From NCBI GenBank assembly GCA_015680685.1, contig MNCI01002498.1:488979-552978 (forward strand): a stretch of DNA of 64,000 nucleotides, given 5' to 3'. This document shows, one piece after another, positions 50,600-64,000 of this stretch. The notes below the pieces were generated by a model. That model saw only the letters and a program-made list of their open reading frames with translations. It was not told the DNA's origin and did not search any database. Position 1 is the stretch's first letter. Each line of letters starts with the position of its first letter. Source of the DNA: Gnetum montanum. Lineage: Eukaryota > Plantae > Gnetophyta. The position numbers were made by a program, and so were the translations under genes.

Positions 50600-53560
50600 C
50601 TTAGACAAAAAATAGCTAGAGCCTATTGAATGGATGGAGGTAGGATGAAGTCTTCACACAACGCTTAGAGGTAGAGGCTCCTATGACTCTAAGGATCCTT
50701 CATCATGTCTTGGTGCTGTTGGAGGTTGAGGTTGTCCCGTTGCTACTACTAAAAAGTGGAAGGAATCCAAGAGTTCCTTCATTTCTCCTATTTGCTTCAT
50801 AGATCATAGTTGGTCTAAGTTGCTTTGCCTAGATTAGCTAGTGCTAGGATATCCAATAGGCATAACAATGAAGAAAACATTTTCTTCATGTTGATGAACC
50901 AAGCTATGAATGTTTTATGTTCAACATTGAACATACTAACAATGTTTTGTAGCTCATGGTAGTCATTCATCCTCTTGGCAAGGTTCTTAACAATAGATCA
51001 TTGATTCATGAATTTGCTTTTGAGATCTTCAAGCTTTGTGTTAGCAATTTGCAACTTTTTTTTGTATCCTTATGGTGCTTGAATTCTATCTTATAGAGGA
51101 GGTAGGAGTTGGTGACCTAATTTTCTAACTCTGTCCTGGACCTCCCTATTATCAAAATTTCCAGGTTTGCATAGTGAAGGTTGGTGAGCTTCATGCATTT
51201 CTTTATCTCCTCGATTTACAACTCCTTTAGGTAGATTTCTACTTACTTATATGAACTCAGTCCATTAAAGATGGATTGCCATGCATCACCTCTTTGGTGG
51301 AGTTGCTAGATAGCCTTGTTTACCTTTGCCTTGGCTAACTCAATTTCTTTCTTGTTGATTTTTTTAATATTCTAACCTAGTCCCTATAGTGAATTTTCAC
51401 TTTTTCAAATTTTAGGACTTCAGTCTTCTAGGTGGAAATCTTAATTGCATTCTTTTGATGAAGGGCATAAACTTCCTCCATGAAAAGATTTCTATTTATG
51501 GTAGCCAAACTCCTCAAATCTAAGTTCACCTTGGTAAGCCATTCCTGCTATTGGTGAATTTAGTCTATAATTTTGTCCTTTTGCTACATAGCATTTTGTA
51601 GGTGATGGTTATCATGGGTGAGGATTAAGTTCTTGTTGTGAACTTGGAATAGGTCATGGTAAGTGTTGTTTGCCATTTACTTCAAATAATGACGCGTTGA
51701 AGGTCACCATCTCCTTGGCATTCTTGGCCTCCTGGTACTTCTATTGAAGCTATTGAAAAGTTTCATCTCTTGTTAGTTTAGGCCTATGAATGGCTAGACT
51801 GGAGAGATGGGCTTGTAATTCTACTACCTTAATGGCCAACCATTGAGTAGTAATAATAGACTTCTCAAGTTACGCATTCCTAATTAACAACTTGCTTATC
51901 TCTAGGAGCTGTGATTAGGTTGCTGATGTGTCTTCTAGGAGATCAAACATTTTTGGAAGTGGTTGCCTAGCTTCCACTAGTTGTTCCAATACTTCTTCAT
52001 GTTAGACTACACTCATCCATTTGCTCCTTGCTCTTATTGATGCATGAATATATGCCATAACAACAATGTTAGGAATTGATGCAGTAGGAGCATTTAGAGC
52101 TTCCCTCACATGATCTACCACCACCTCTATTGCTAGCTCTTGTCCCTTATGTGGCATGATTAGCATCGTCATCCATTCTCCTTTTTATAGCATGAAAGAT
52201 AAAGTTGTTGTGTTCTCAAAAATTTTAGGAAATGTTTATCCTATGATGAACACATTAAATTCTTTGGTACTAGGATTAGGATGGACATGCACTTGGTTTC
52301 TTTAAGTTGAGAATAACAATGCTATCTCACTATCTAACTAGCTCATGATTCTTGTAATCTCATTTATGTAACCCATGGCTAGATGATAAATTAAGGATTC
52401 ACAACCATCTCCACAAGATTGTTTTTGCTGTAGTAGTTGCTCTCTAAGCTTTTTGAGTCTTTTTATAGCTGCTAACTTCTTTGGTATTGTCTCTAGGGCT
52501 ATAGGTGGTGGTGGCTACTTGTCTTAAAGCTTAGTAGTAGCTTTGTATTTCATCAATTCTTGCCATGATGTGATAGGAGTGCAACAGACCACATCATTGG
52601 AATGGTGGGCTATTCCTCCATTTTTGCATAATTTTCTAATTAGGCATGGGAAGGGAAGTGTCTTCCTACTCTTTTTGTTTTCCTTGAAAGACTTTTCTAT
52701 TTCAAGAAAGATGAGTTGGGGTAGGTTGACTAGGAATTTTTTTCTTAGAGTTGCAAGTGCTATGGTGGAGAAGGCTATCACCTTACTTTGCCTTACCATT
52801 GGATTAAGGTGATATGCTGTGATCTTAAAGTAGGCTCTTTTTTCCTTTCTCAGTGCACCGTACTCTTAATGGTCTACTCCATAGCACCATTGGATCCATT
52901 CTTCCTTTGCTTTGTGCTCTACCTACATTGATATTTATACTAATTTTTCTCCAATGTTTAGTAGAGTGAGAGCTTCTGCAAAGGATTCAATCAAGTAGGA
53001 GATGGTGATGTACTTGATTTTAACTAATGCATCTTCCTATCGGTTGTTCCAAAAGAGGTAGGTTTTCCCCATGTACAATCCCCACTATTAGAGAGAATGG
53101 GCCATAGAGGAGACCCTTGCAACTGTGTCCTAACCTCTTCCAGTGTTAATTCTAAGAATGATCGAAAATTTAACTCCTACAGGATGGAGATGTGGATCTT
53201 TCTAGTTTGGATCTTTTCTATGTAGCCTTTTGTTAGCATGGCCTCCAAATTAGGCCTCATTCTTGGGGCCTCATCCTGCCTGAATTGGATTATTTCTACA
53301 ATAGGAATATGCTTGATAGATTCCACCCTAGGCTCCTCCCATTGAGATCAATAGTGTGTTTTTGGGGTGCTCATTATTATTGTTGTTATTGTTACTGGCC
53401 TCTTCCTCCTTGGGGTTGCTTCTTCCTAGGCTATAATGGGCCTCTTGCCTACCATCCTCTTTTGGATGCCATTTGTGATCAAAAACATAATTCTAGATTA
53501 GCCTTTGGTCATAACCTTTGTTTCTTTTGAATACCTTTCTTGTTCTTATTTAATGATTGC
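50600..53560 (-). pseudogene. Decayed extra (env-like position) ORF of the Athila-like element
   Basis: Lies between integrase and 3' LTR in the sense orientation. VNLPQLIF...KTLPFPCLIRKLCKNGGI resembles the LPFPxLIxxLC motif of Athila-type extra ORFs; followed by coiled-coil-like remnants. Confidence 0.55.
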
Positions 53561-55500
53561 ATGCTTATGATATTATTTTATTTCCATTCTAGCAGAGTTT
53601 GATTATTGATATTAATTCTTGTGATCATTAAGTTAATATTAAAATATTTTTCATGGAAGTTAGAAAAATTTTATATGTAAAAACATATATTTGATGCCCC
53701 TATGATGTAAAGTGTATCTTCAATAGCTTGACGATTGAAGAATGGGTGAATTTTGGTAAGTGGTTTACTAGTTAGAGCTCTTGGAAGGTTCTTTGGCTCT
53801 AAAAAATTGTAAAAACTTCTTTAGCACTTTGAAGCAATGTTGAAAAATAAGCTAAGTATCATGTGTATTTATAATATTTTTTCCATGCATTGATGGGGAT
53901 GCATCAACTCATCCCATTGCGTTGATAGGGATGCATTGACATAGCTATTCTTAATTATATTTTTCACTTGGAAAATGGAGGAATTACAAGTGAGTTTGGG
54001 GACAAAACAAGAGCCAAATAGAAGCCAAAAATATGTAGAATCATAGCAACAATATGAAAGAGGCTATGTTTTACAAATTAGAAGTTGTTATAGTGTATTA
54101 GATGAGTGTTTAGAGGATATTTTGATGCCAAAATAGGGTAAAAACTAGATGTTTTCAAGCTATCATGATGAGCAATCATTTAATTAGCTTATGGTTAGGG
54201 AAATTAACCTCAATAAACCAAAAGAGATGTAAGTGGATCCTTCTTGAAGTAAGCACACACCTAAAAGCCCTTGCATATCCTTATTACAACGAGTCCATAG
54301 GCACCAAGGATGATAAATGGTTATGTTAAGTTAAGATCCCAACCCATACAAGGGATTGTCTTAGGATTATGCGACTATAAAACAAAACTATCAATTCATC
54401 ATGGTATGAGGCAGTGAGGTAAGAGATGATGAAGTTAATAAATGGTAGATTGATAATAATGGAAAGGTGATCTGCATCTTGTGAGATTCTTAGTGAACTA
54501 TGTGATTAAGGAGATTTGTCACTTGTTCGTTCCAAGTCTAGACCAAGTTCATTTTGATCATAGTGATCTCGCATTGACATGTTCCTCCTCTTCTATCATC
54601 AAAAGTTTATAGAAACCATAGAGGAAAACCATCACTACAAGAAAATAAGAAAGGAGAAAAAGGAAGTAGGAGGAATTTAGTAAGAGGGGTGCCTTTAGGC
54701 ATGGGTAACATGTATTTCTAGCCCCATAATGTGTTCTTGTAGCCCATAAAATTTTCTAAGGGGTGTGCTTTGAATTCCCATTATAGTATTTATGTTTTTA
54801 TTCATGGGAACCACACCATGCAAAGAAATGCTTCCTTTTATGGTCAATAATAAGAGTGATGGTATACTAATGAGGAGTCATAGACTTAAGATGGAAGTTG
54901 AGACTAGAGCATATTAAATACCCTTGAGATCACACCCTTTTTCATCTTGCTTAGTCCTTTCTTGGTTTGTTGGATAACAAGATCGCATGTTACTTTTAGG
55001 TTTAATGTGAAAGAACCTCCATGGTTCCATGATGTAGACTTCAAATGGAATAAATAGAATGGGTGGATGTTGTAAGCTCACTATCTAATACCATAAGAAA
55101 CCTAATAGATTTTTCGTAGAGAAAATAATCCAAGGATAAACTTGGCCTATTGTAAATTAATCAAAATTTCTATAGTTGTGTTCCAAACATTTCCAAATTT
55201 TAGTAGTAGTAGTGCAATGGAATTTGAAGTTTTGAATAATACTAATTTTTAAATAATAAGACATAATAAGTAAGTAACAAAGAAAATGAAAAGATATAAA
55301 ATATTTAAGAAAATAGAAAATATATAAAGAACATTGTAAAACAAAAAGGTGAAAACTTGGTTGTCCTTATTAAGATTTTATAGTAGATGGAGATCTTTTC
55401 TAGGACTAAGTTGGAAGGAGGATAATCAGAAAATGGAGCATGCATGTTCTTGAGCAGAGATGTTAGTGTTGTTGATTAGTTGGGATTCCATGAATGGCTC

Positions 55501-58500
55501 TATTGACCTTTTGGTGTGTCAAAATGTTAAGTAAAATGGAGCACAAGGATGCTTGTATGTTTGTGTGGTTGATTGTGTTTGTAGGGCAAGAGTGTGGATA
55601 AGGACTTCATAGATATCAAGGGCTTACAAATAAAGTTAACATCATCAAGACCTTGGAGTGAGACAAGAAAGACATGAGGAAGTTCAAGAACTTGGATAAG
55701 AAATGAAAAATTTAAAGTGCAAAGAAAGGTGAAGAAAGACGTCTCCAAGAAACAAAAGATGTCTTGGCAGAATTGAAGGTAACATAGGAGAAGACATCTT
55801 TGTAAAATAGCAGACATATTTTTGAAGAGAAAGATGTCTTTGGTCAGAAGAAGACATCTTTGCAAAATGAAGGCTAGTTGTAGAAAGACATCTTTCACTA
55901 GAAGAAGACATCTTCCTAGAATGAAGGCCATATGTAGAAGGACATCTTAGTCATGAAGAAGACGTCTTTAGTAATTATTCTCTAGCCATTGCACAAAATC
56001 CAAGGTGATTTAGGAAACATAGTGGCTATAAGAAGACATTATTATCATTGGGAAAAGTGTAAGCTTTTATGTTATCATTGTGTAATCATCAATCAATCAT
56101 TGTATTCATTATTGTTCCTCATTTTACAATCATTTGTCTTTTTGTAATTGGTAAAAGTGAGCTATGTCTCAAAGTGAAAGGATTAACAAACTTAGTTGCA
56201 TTCTTTCCTTGTGATTGTTATTCTCTTTTTTTTCCCTATAGGGTTGATGTGCTTCTTGAAGGAAGGCATCTTGATTGAGCTTGTCAAGATCTTATGGGGT
56301 TGAGTGTTGGTGTAGCTCCACAACACTCTAGAGCGGAGCTAAGTTGTAAAGGTTTTGGAATCCTGAAAACCACTTTCTAAGCTTGTTAGTACCTTGGGAT
56401 GTTGAGTGAGTTTGTAGTGTTGAATCACTTCATTGTAGAGCTTAGCTTGTATAGGATGTGATACCCTTCAAACCACATTTGAGAGCAACAAGGTTTGGAG
56501 GTGTGCTTGTGAACTACCCTTTGAGTGTAGACTACCCAAGTTGGGGAACCACGGTAAATTTGGTGTGTGCTTTGTCTCAAAGAATTTTAATTTGAGGATC
56601 TTATTCATCCCCTCCTTCTAAGTTCAATGATCCACAAGTGGTATCAAATCCTGGTACTCTTCTTCATCATCAACTTCAAAGAGTGAACAATGTATGGGAC
56701 ATTCTATACAAGCCACCTATGTTTCATGGATTTGAATTCGCGTATAGGAAAGCTAGAATGCAAGGATTCTTTGAATATATGGAGTTTGATGTTTGGGAAT
56801 CAATCCTTGAAGGCTACACTCTGCCTATTGATAGTTCCACTGGCATCATAAAGCCTTGCAACAAGTGGACTCAGGAGAAGAAAGATAAGTTCATGTTTGA
56901 TTCAAAAGCAAAGAATTGTTTATATTATGCTTGGAATAAATCTAAATTTAATAGAGTAGCAAGATGCAAAATGGCCAAAGAAATTTGGCAAACTTTAGAA
57001 GCTACTTATGAAGGAACCTTTGTTGTCAAATAATCTAAATTGTTAGTTTTGGAAAGAGAATATGATAAACTCAAAATGAGAGAAGGTGAGAAAATAAAAG
57101 ATTGCATCTCTAGAGCAAATGATATTGTTATAGCTATTAGAGGTATAGGTAAAGTTTTGCTCAAGAGTGATGTCATCATGAAAAGGATCAGAACTCTTCA
57201 ACTAGAGTTCAGACCAAAGGTCACAACTATGGAAGAAATCAGAGATTTTTCAACTCTAAAATTTTAAGAACTTCAAAGTGCTCTCATTGCCTATGAAATG
57301 AGTCTCATAAGCAAAGAAGCCATCCAAGAAAGACCTATTACTATAAATATTGCCTTCAAGAATAAGGAGCTTAATGAGCATGATGAGAGAAATGAAAATG
57401 AGATTCCCTTTCTCTCAAGAAAGCTACAATGATTGCTAACAAGAAGAAATAAGAGGGCATCTCAACAAAGATCCAATTTGTTCAAAGGTAGAGAAAAAGA
57501 CAAAAATTTTTTGAATTCTAACTTAGATTTCTCTTTTATAGATTGTTGGGTTTATGGAGGAAGAGGCCATATGGCCTTTGAATGTCCTAGTGATAGCAAG
57601 GTATAGCCAAAGAATAGATCTAATGATGAGAAATCAAAAAAACCAACTTTTATATACGTTGGGATGATGGTAATCAAAGTGAAAAAAGAAGCATGTAATT
57701 CTTCCAAAGATTCATATCTCATATGCATGACACTTATAGATGAAAATTATTCACATATGGCTGACCAAGGTGGTGAGTGTAATGAAAGGTATAGTGAACT
57801 TAAAGAAAAAAATTTTCTTTTACATCATTTAATTAGGAAGGCAAAGAAATTTGTAATTTCTAAGCTAGATGCTATTCACATTGAAGTGAAAGGAGAGATC
57901 TTAGACATAAAGGCTAAGATTCAACAACTAACCTCTTTAAATAAGGATTGCAGAAAGGTTCAATAAGAGAAGTCCCCTGAAAAACAACCAAAGAGTTTTT
58001 AAAACGTCACATAGGAAAATTCAAGCTCAAGCATAAGTAGGTTTTATAACATTATTCATGAGGAGACTACTTTATTTGTGTGTAAAAACTATGGTAGTAA
58101 GCAGACCCTTAACTATTCTCATGATGATCAAAACAAGAATGATGGTTGGTCTTAGGCTTTGGTAAGAAAATTGTGTAGGCACTAGTAGTTAAAAATAAAG
58201 AGAAGTGGAAAATTGAAAATGATGCAGTAAGTGATCAAGGGTTCTTTCATAAAGACCATGAACAAATAGAGACATCACATACACGATCTAATGAAAGAGA
58301 ACCTAAGTATGAGGAGGTACTTCATGATAGGGGACCTCATCTCAAACTCCATTAATCTTCTCTTTTCACCTACAAGAAAGGTAAGTTAAGGTAATTTTTC
58401 ATCTCTTTGCTTGCTAGTTAATAAGTACATGATTTGAGAAGTCTAAAATTGTTTGTGTCATGTCTATATTAGAAAATTGTTGAAATAATTATTTATAGTA

Positions 58501-61109
58501 TATCTTATATTCATTTTGATATTAATGCAATTTATGAAACTATGTAGTGTCACACTTATATTGATTTCCTTTGGGCTTTTATCTTGTAACATTTTTAGTT
58601 GGTTTTTCTATCTTGCTTTCAATCTTGCATGATCTGTGCTTCTTGTGATAATCTAGTTCTAAGTTCATGCCCTTTGGGATAGTTTAGCCATTGTTGTGAT
58701 GAGTCGTGATTTTTAAGTAGATACAACTTTGAATATTCTATCCATATTACTAATTGGAGACCTTAGACTCCAAGTTTGATCTTTATGTTGACTTACAGTT
58801 GTAGTGCTTTGGTGATTTACAACAATTACAAAATGATGTTAAAAGCCCAAGAAGAGCTACACATGTATAGGAGGAGCATGTTCCTCATTATCTATCTTGG
58901 ATGTCATTAATGTAGGAGGAGTCTTTGGAGACTTCTGCCAAAAATCACTAACACAGAAATATATCATAATGAGCAAGGATTCATGTCATGCAAGGGTATG
59001 GTATCGTATCCAAGGTAAAAGAATAATTAAATCTTGGTTAAGTTATCTTACAGACATTTTACCTTGTGCTATCTTTTGGTTATTGTTTGAACATCTTGTC
59101 AAGATTCTATTTGGCTATTTTTGGGCATTTGCTTGTTTTGATTTTGATATTTGTCCTTCTTTATGAGAATTTATTTTACGCTTACAGGTGTATCCTTTCT
59201 TTCTTACCATATAATTACCTTAATGAGGCTTTCATAAGAGTTGAGTACTAATAGAATCATGACATATTGGCTTACCTTATGAGTTTATTAATTCAAAAAG
59301 ATAGGTTATTTGATTCTCAAAATTTTGTTTTTGATAAGGGATAGCTCCTATTTCATTTAACATTTTCATCCCTTTGATGATTGTGCTAAGAGATGTGTAT
59401 AGAATCTTGAGATATAAGTTTTAATGAGATATTTGATTCAAGCTAATAGGTTACTTGATTCTATATGCTCTATCTTTGATATTTGACATTCAAGTTTATT
59501 TTCTTTAAGACATTAATTACAAAATCTTTTAGTCATGTTTGATTTTCTTGTGGCTTGTTCTTTCTAAAGGACAAATCTTAATGAATTGAAGACAACATAC
59601 AAATTCATTCTTTTTAGTTTGTGTCTGTTCACCCGACTTCTCTACTTTGGTATTTTAGCATGCTATGAATATATCTTCTGTTGAGTACTTAAGCCTCTCT
59701 TGTTTATATGGACTTCATTGAAGTAAGAAGTACTTGTATCTTTATTAATGAAATGCTGATAAAATTGCTTTGTGATGTACTTGGAGATAGAGATTGTGCT
59801 TAATGCATATCTTTTATGATTATTGTATCATTGGCACATTGTTCTTTTTTTATAGACTTATGTGCTTTATCCTTTTTGATGCTGTTCAAAAAGAGGGAGG
59901 GTATAGTTTTTGATATTGTATGTCTACTAACCCATTTTCTTAAGTTTTGAACATCACCAAAAGGAGGATATTGTTGACCTTTTGGTGTGTCAAAACATTA
60001 AGTAAAGTGGAGTACAAGGATGCTTGTATGTTTGTGTGGCTAATTATGTTTGTAGGGCAAGAATGTGGACAAGGACTTCATAGACCTCAAGGGCTTATAA
60101 GCAAGGTTGACATCATCAAGACCTTGAAGGAAGACAAGGAAGACATGAGGAATTTTGAGAACTTGGATAAGGAATGAAGAAATCAAAGTGCAAAGGAAGG
60201 TGAAGAAAGACATCTATAAGAAACAAAAGATGTTTTGACAGAATTGAAGGCAACATAGGAGAAGATGGCTCTACAAAACTGCAGACATCTTTCTGAAGAG
60301 AAAGATGTCTTTCATTAGAAGAATACATCTTTGTAGAATGAAGGTCAATTGCATAAAGATGTCTTTCACTAGAAGAAGACATCTTACTAGAATGGAGGCA
60401 AGATGTAGAAAGATGCGTCAGTCATGAAGAAAGCATTTTTAGTAACCATTATCTAGTCGTTGCAGAAACTCTAAGGTGATTTAGGAAACATAGTGGCTAT
60501 ATGAAGACATCATTCTTATTGGGAAAAGTGAAAAATTTTGTGTTATCATTTTGTAGTCATCAAGCAATCATTGTATTCATTATTTTTCCTCATTGTACAA
60601 TCATTTGTCTATTTGTAATTGGTCAAAGTGAGCTGTGCCTCAAAGTGTAAGGATCAACAAACTTAGTTGCATTCTTTCCTTATGATTGTTGTTCTCTTTT
60701 ATTGTCCTACAAGGTTGATGTGCTTCTTGTGGAGACATCTTGATTGAGCTTGTCGGGATCCTACAGGATTTAGTGTTGGTGTAGCACCACAATACTCTAG
60801 AGTAGAGCTCAAGTTGTAAAGGTTGTGGGATCCTAAAAACCACTTTCCAAGCTTGTTAGGACCTTATGGGGTTGAATGGATTTGTTGTGTTGAATCACTC
60901 CATTGTGGAGCTTAGAGCTTGTACAGGATGTGGTATCCTTCAAACCACATTTAAGAGCAACAAAGTTTAGAGGTGTGCTTACAAACTACCCTTTCAGTGT
61001 GGACTATCCAAGTTGGATAACCATGTTAAATTTGGTATGTGCTTTATCTCAAAGAATTTTAATTTGAGGATCTTCTTCATTCCCCCCCTTCTAAGTTTAA
61101 TGATCCACA
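55501..61109 (+). mobile_element. Second complete gag-only LTR element (related subfamily of 42777-48124)
   Basis: LTRs 55501-56636 and 59972-61109; TSD GGCTC; PBS TGGTATCAAATCC at 56639; PPT CACCAAAAGGAGGATAT; degenerate gag from ATG 56690; no pol. Confidence 0.9.
56690..58100 (+). pseudogene. Copia-type gag, degenerate
   Basis: KPPMFHGFEFAYRKARMQGFFEYMEFDVWESILEGY...FDSKAKNCLY...AKEIWQTLEATYEGT; YDKLKMREGEKIKD. Confidence 0.8.
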
Positions 61110-64000
61110 GGCTCAAGTTGATATACATTGATTAACGTGTGTTTTTAAGGGTTGGTTGGGTGGTAAATTTTCATAGCCCCAGAAGGAATATTTGAATGAA
61201 TAATGTAAGGTTCTTCTCATAATATCTAAAAGTTAGTTCATTGTGGCACATGCATAGGATTCCAATAAAGAACTTTATCTTTAGGTTGGAATGTAACTTT
61301 TCTTATCTTTATATTGTGATTTTGTTTGTTGTGTGCTTGTGTACTTCATTTATCATTAAGGCTATTCATTGGTTTTCATCTAGTACATTATCATAAGATG
61401 TTCTTTTTGGGCTAGATTAATGTCTAGGTCAAGTTCATAGGTAGTTTTGAGTGTACGAAGTTTAACTTGGACTAGAAGTTTAGGTAACTTTCTATACATT
61501 AATTGATGGAGAGAGTAGCCTATAGGAAGTTTTCATGTTGAGTGATATGCCCAAAGGGCATCATTAAATTTTGTGCTATACTCTTTTCTATATCTAGTGA
61601 TGGTTTCCTTTAAGATTCTTGTGATCTCCCAATTGGTAGCCTCATCTTGATCATTAGCTTGGGGGGTGATAAAGGGTTAAAAGTTTATGTTGCATCCCTA
61701 AGTGTTGCATTAGCTCTTAGAAAATAGACCATGTGAAATATGTCTTGTTATCCAAAATTAGTACTCTAGGCATATCAAACCTATTTATCACTTGTTAAAT
61801 GAATTAAGTTACAGTGGTAGATGTATAGTCAAATTTAGTTTAAACTTTAACCCATTTGGTATAGTAGTCAACAACAACTATGATGTAGGCCTTCCCATTT
61901 AACATGGGACTGATGGATCCCTTAAAGTCAATTCCCCAAAGGTTTGAAGGCCCTAGTGGTTAGATCCATTATTGAGGTTCCTCTATTTGTGAAGTCATTC
62001 CTCCATCTCTTTGACATTTCTTGCATGAACAAAAGAAATGATGAACATCCTTGAAGATGGTTTGCCAAAAGTATCCTGTCGTGAGGATCTTTATGGTTGT
62101 TCTCTTTCATGCATAGTGGCTCCCATAAGGACCTTTATAAACATCCTAGAGAATCTACAACTAATATGCATTAGGTACACATCATTGTACTAGATCATTG
62201 GTACAAACCATGTAGAGGTTGCCTTGGGTTTCCATGTAATGCTTTACTTGGTAAAGAAACTATTATTTCTTCTTATAATCCCATTTTTCGGAGCCTCTTG
62301 TGTAAGTAGATAGGAGAGGAACTCATCATACCAATTAGTAACCTTTGATGCTTGAACTTCATTGGACTTAGCAAAGAGGATTTCATTTAGAAATTGATCA
62401 GATAAGGGTTCTTCACCCTCATTGCTATTCCGTCATAGCGATGATAAATGATCAACGACTATGTTCTCGGTCCCTTTCTTGTCCACCAATTTGAGATCAA
62501 ATTCTGATAAAATTTCCAAGCACCATATGACACTAGGGCTAAGCACTAGCTTGTTAATTAGGAAGTGGATTGCACTATGGTTGATGTACATAAAAATTGG
62601 GTATTTAAGCACATAGTGCTTGAATTTTTCCAAGGCATACACCATTGCCATGAGTTATTTTTTAGTGGTGGTGTAGTTGATATATGCATCCACAATGCTT
62701 CTGCTTGTGCAATGTATGTAATATGGATATTTTTGATCAGCCATTTGTGTAAGCATTACTCCCAAAGCATAGTTAGATGCATCTATCATTATATAAAATG
62801 GCTAGCACCAATTTGGAATGCATAAAATTGGGATTTGTTTGAGCTTCTGCTTTAAGTGTTGAAATGCTAATTTGCATTCCTTAGTCTATTCAAAGATTGC
62901 ATCTTTCTTTATGAGTTCGACCAGTGCTTTGGCAATCCTAGAAAAATTCTCAATAACGCACATGTAGTAACCAATTTGGCCAAAGAATATCCTCGCATCT
63001 TTTACTATTTAAGGTTTTTTGGTTATCTCTTCGATGATCCTTCCTTTTTTAGGATACACGTCTATTCCTTTTTCTAAGACCCTTTGCCCCAATACAATGT
63101 AATGCTGGATCATCAAGTGGCACTTCTACTAGTTGAATCACATGTTTATCTCCACACATCATTTTAACACTTGCTTAAGATAGTTCAATTTTTGCTCAAA
63201 ATAGATATTATAGGCATGAAGACTTCCACACCACTAATAATTTGTTGCTGAAATATGCTTAGTACTAGGCACTGAAAAGTTGCTAGAGCATTACAAAGGT
63301 TGAAGGACATCTTTTATATGCAAAAGTCCCCTAGGAACTTATGAAAGTTATCTTGGCCTAATCTTCTAATGCTATTTGAATTTGGTTATAGCTATTATAT
63401 TCATCTAGAAAACTATAGCAATGATGTCCCACGATTGTATCCAACACTTGGTCCACAAATGACAACAGAAAATGATCTTTGAAGATTTCCATATTTAATA
63501 GCTTGAAATCTATACAAACCCACCACTGTCCTCTTTTTGTTGGTACAATAATGAGTAGACTTATCCTATCCTTGTCTACCATAGGATAGATGAATATTGC
63601 TTTGAGAAGTTTTTCAAGTTCATCTTAGACAACTTGTTTTAGCTCGTGATTCAACCTTCTTTATGGCTACCTCTTTGGTTTTATGGTCGAGTTTGTATAG
63701 ATCCGATGTTGGCATATTCATGTATATATTCTGGTAAATTTATTATATGACTAGGCAAAAGCTTTTGCCCATTTATTCATAACTTTTGGTAGCTTTCTTT
63801 TTAATTCTTTAGTGAGACTAACATTGATGATTATTGACTTACCATTATTAAGAAAGACATAATTCAGAGTTGTGTGTAAAGTCTTTAACTCAAGGGGTTT
63901 CTATTTAAAGTTTTTAAGGATTTTCAACTCCCCCTGATCTAGTTCTACTTCTTTATGGAAGAGTTGGGTTTGAATCTACTCCATTTCATCCATCTTGTCA
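61110..64000 (-). pseudogene. Gypsy pol remnant (RT, RNase H, integrase)
   Basis: LLIIVPTKRGQWWVCIDF...FKDHFLLSFVDQVLD...YNQIQIA; MAMVYALEKFKHYVL...DKKGTENIVVDHLS. Confidence 0.88.

Larger units (their letters stand above)
49561..64000 (-). mobile_element. Athila-like Gypsy element (minus strand, runs off window), with 3' LTR and extra ORF region; interrupted by 55501-61109
   Basis: 3' LTR about 49561-50427 carrying the family terminus (CCCTACGCCCAACCATAC). Pol remnants at 61110-64000 are homologous to 24500-27350. The integrase end is split by the GGCTC-TSD insertion. Confidence 0.82.

Overview
Land-plant nuclear DNA (seed-free plant suspected, not provable from this window), dominated by retroelements, with two host genes on the minus strand: a 12-exon TTM1/TTM2-type uridine-kinase+CYTH gene (28645-32988) and the first four coding exons of a PXA-domain sorting-nexin-like gene (15239-18302). 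The rest is nested LTR elements (a Tnt1-like Copia; two decayed Athila-like Gypsy elements plus two solo LTRs with TSDs; two gag-only Copia/SIRE-like elements with TSDs; two degenerate non-autonomous elements), LINE remnants and tRNA-like SINE heads. The most unusual item is a young, CpG-rich, 5'-truncated, poly(A)-tailed insertion with a 16-bp TSD (4046-4946) whose open frame encodes a long coiled coil followed by an HPD-containing J-domain. A diverged copy of its 3' terminus sits at 1-129, so it may be a non-LTR retroposon family carrying an Hsp70 co-chaperone-like module. All calls are by eye; no searches were run.
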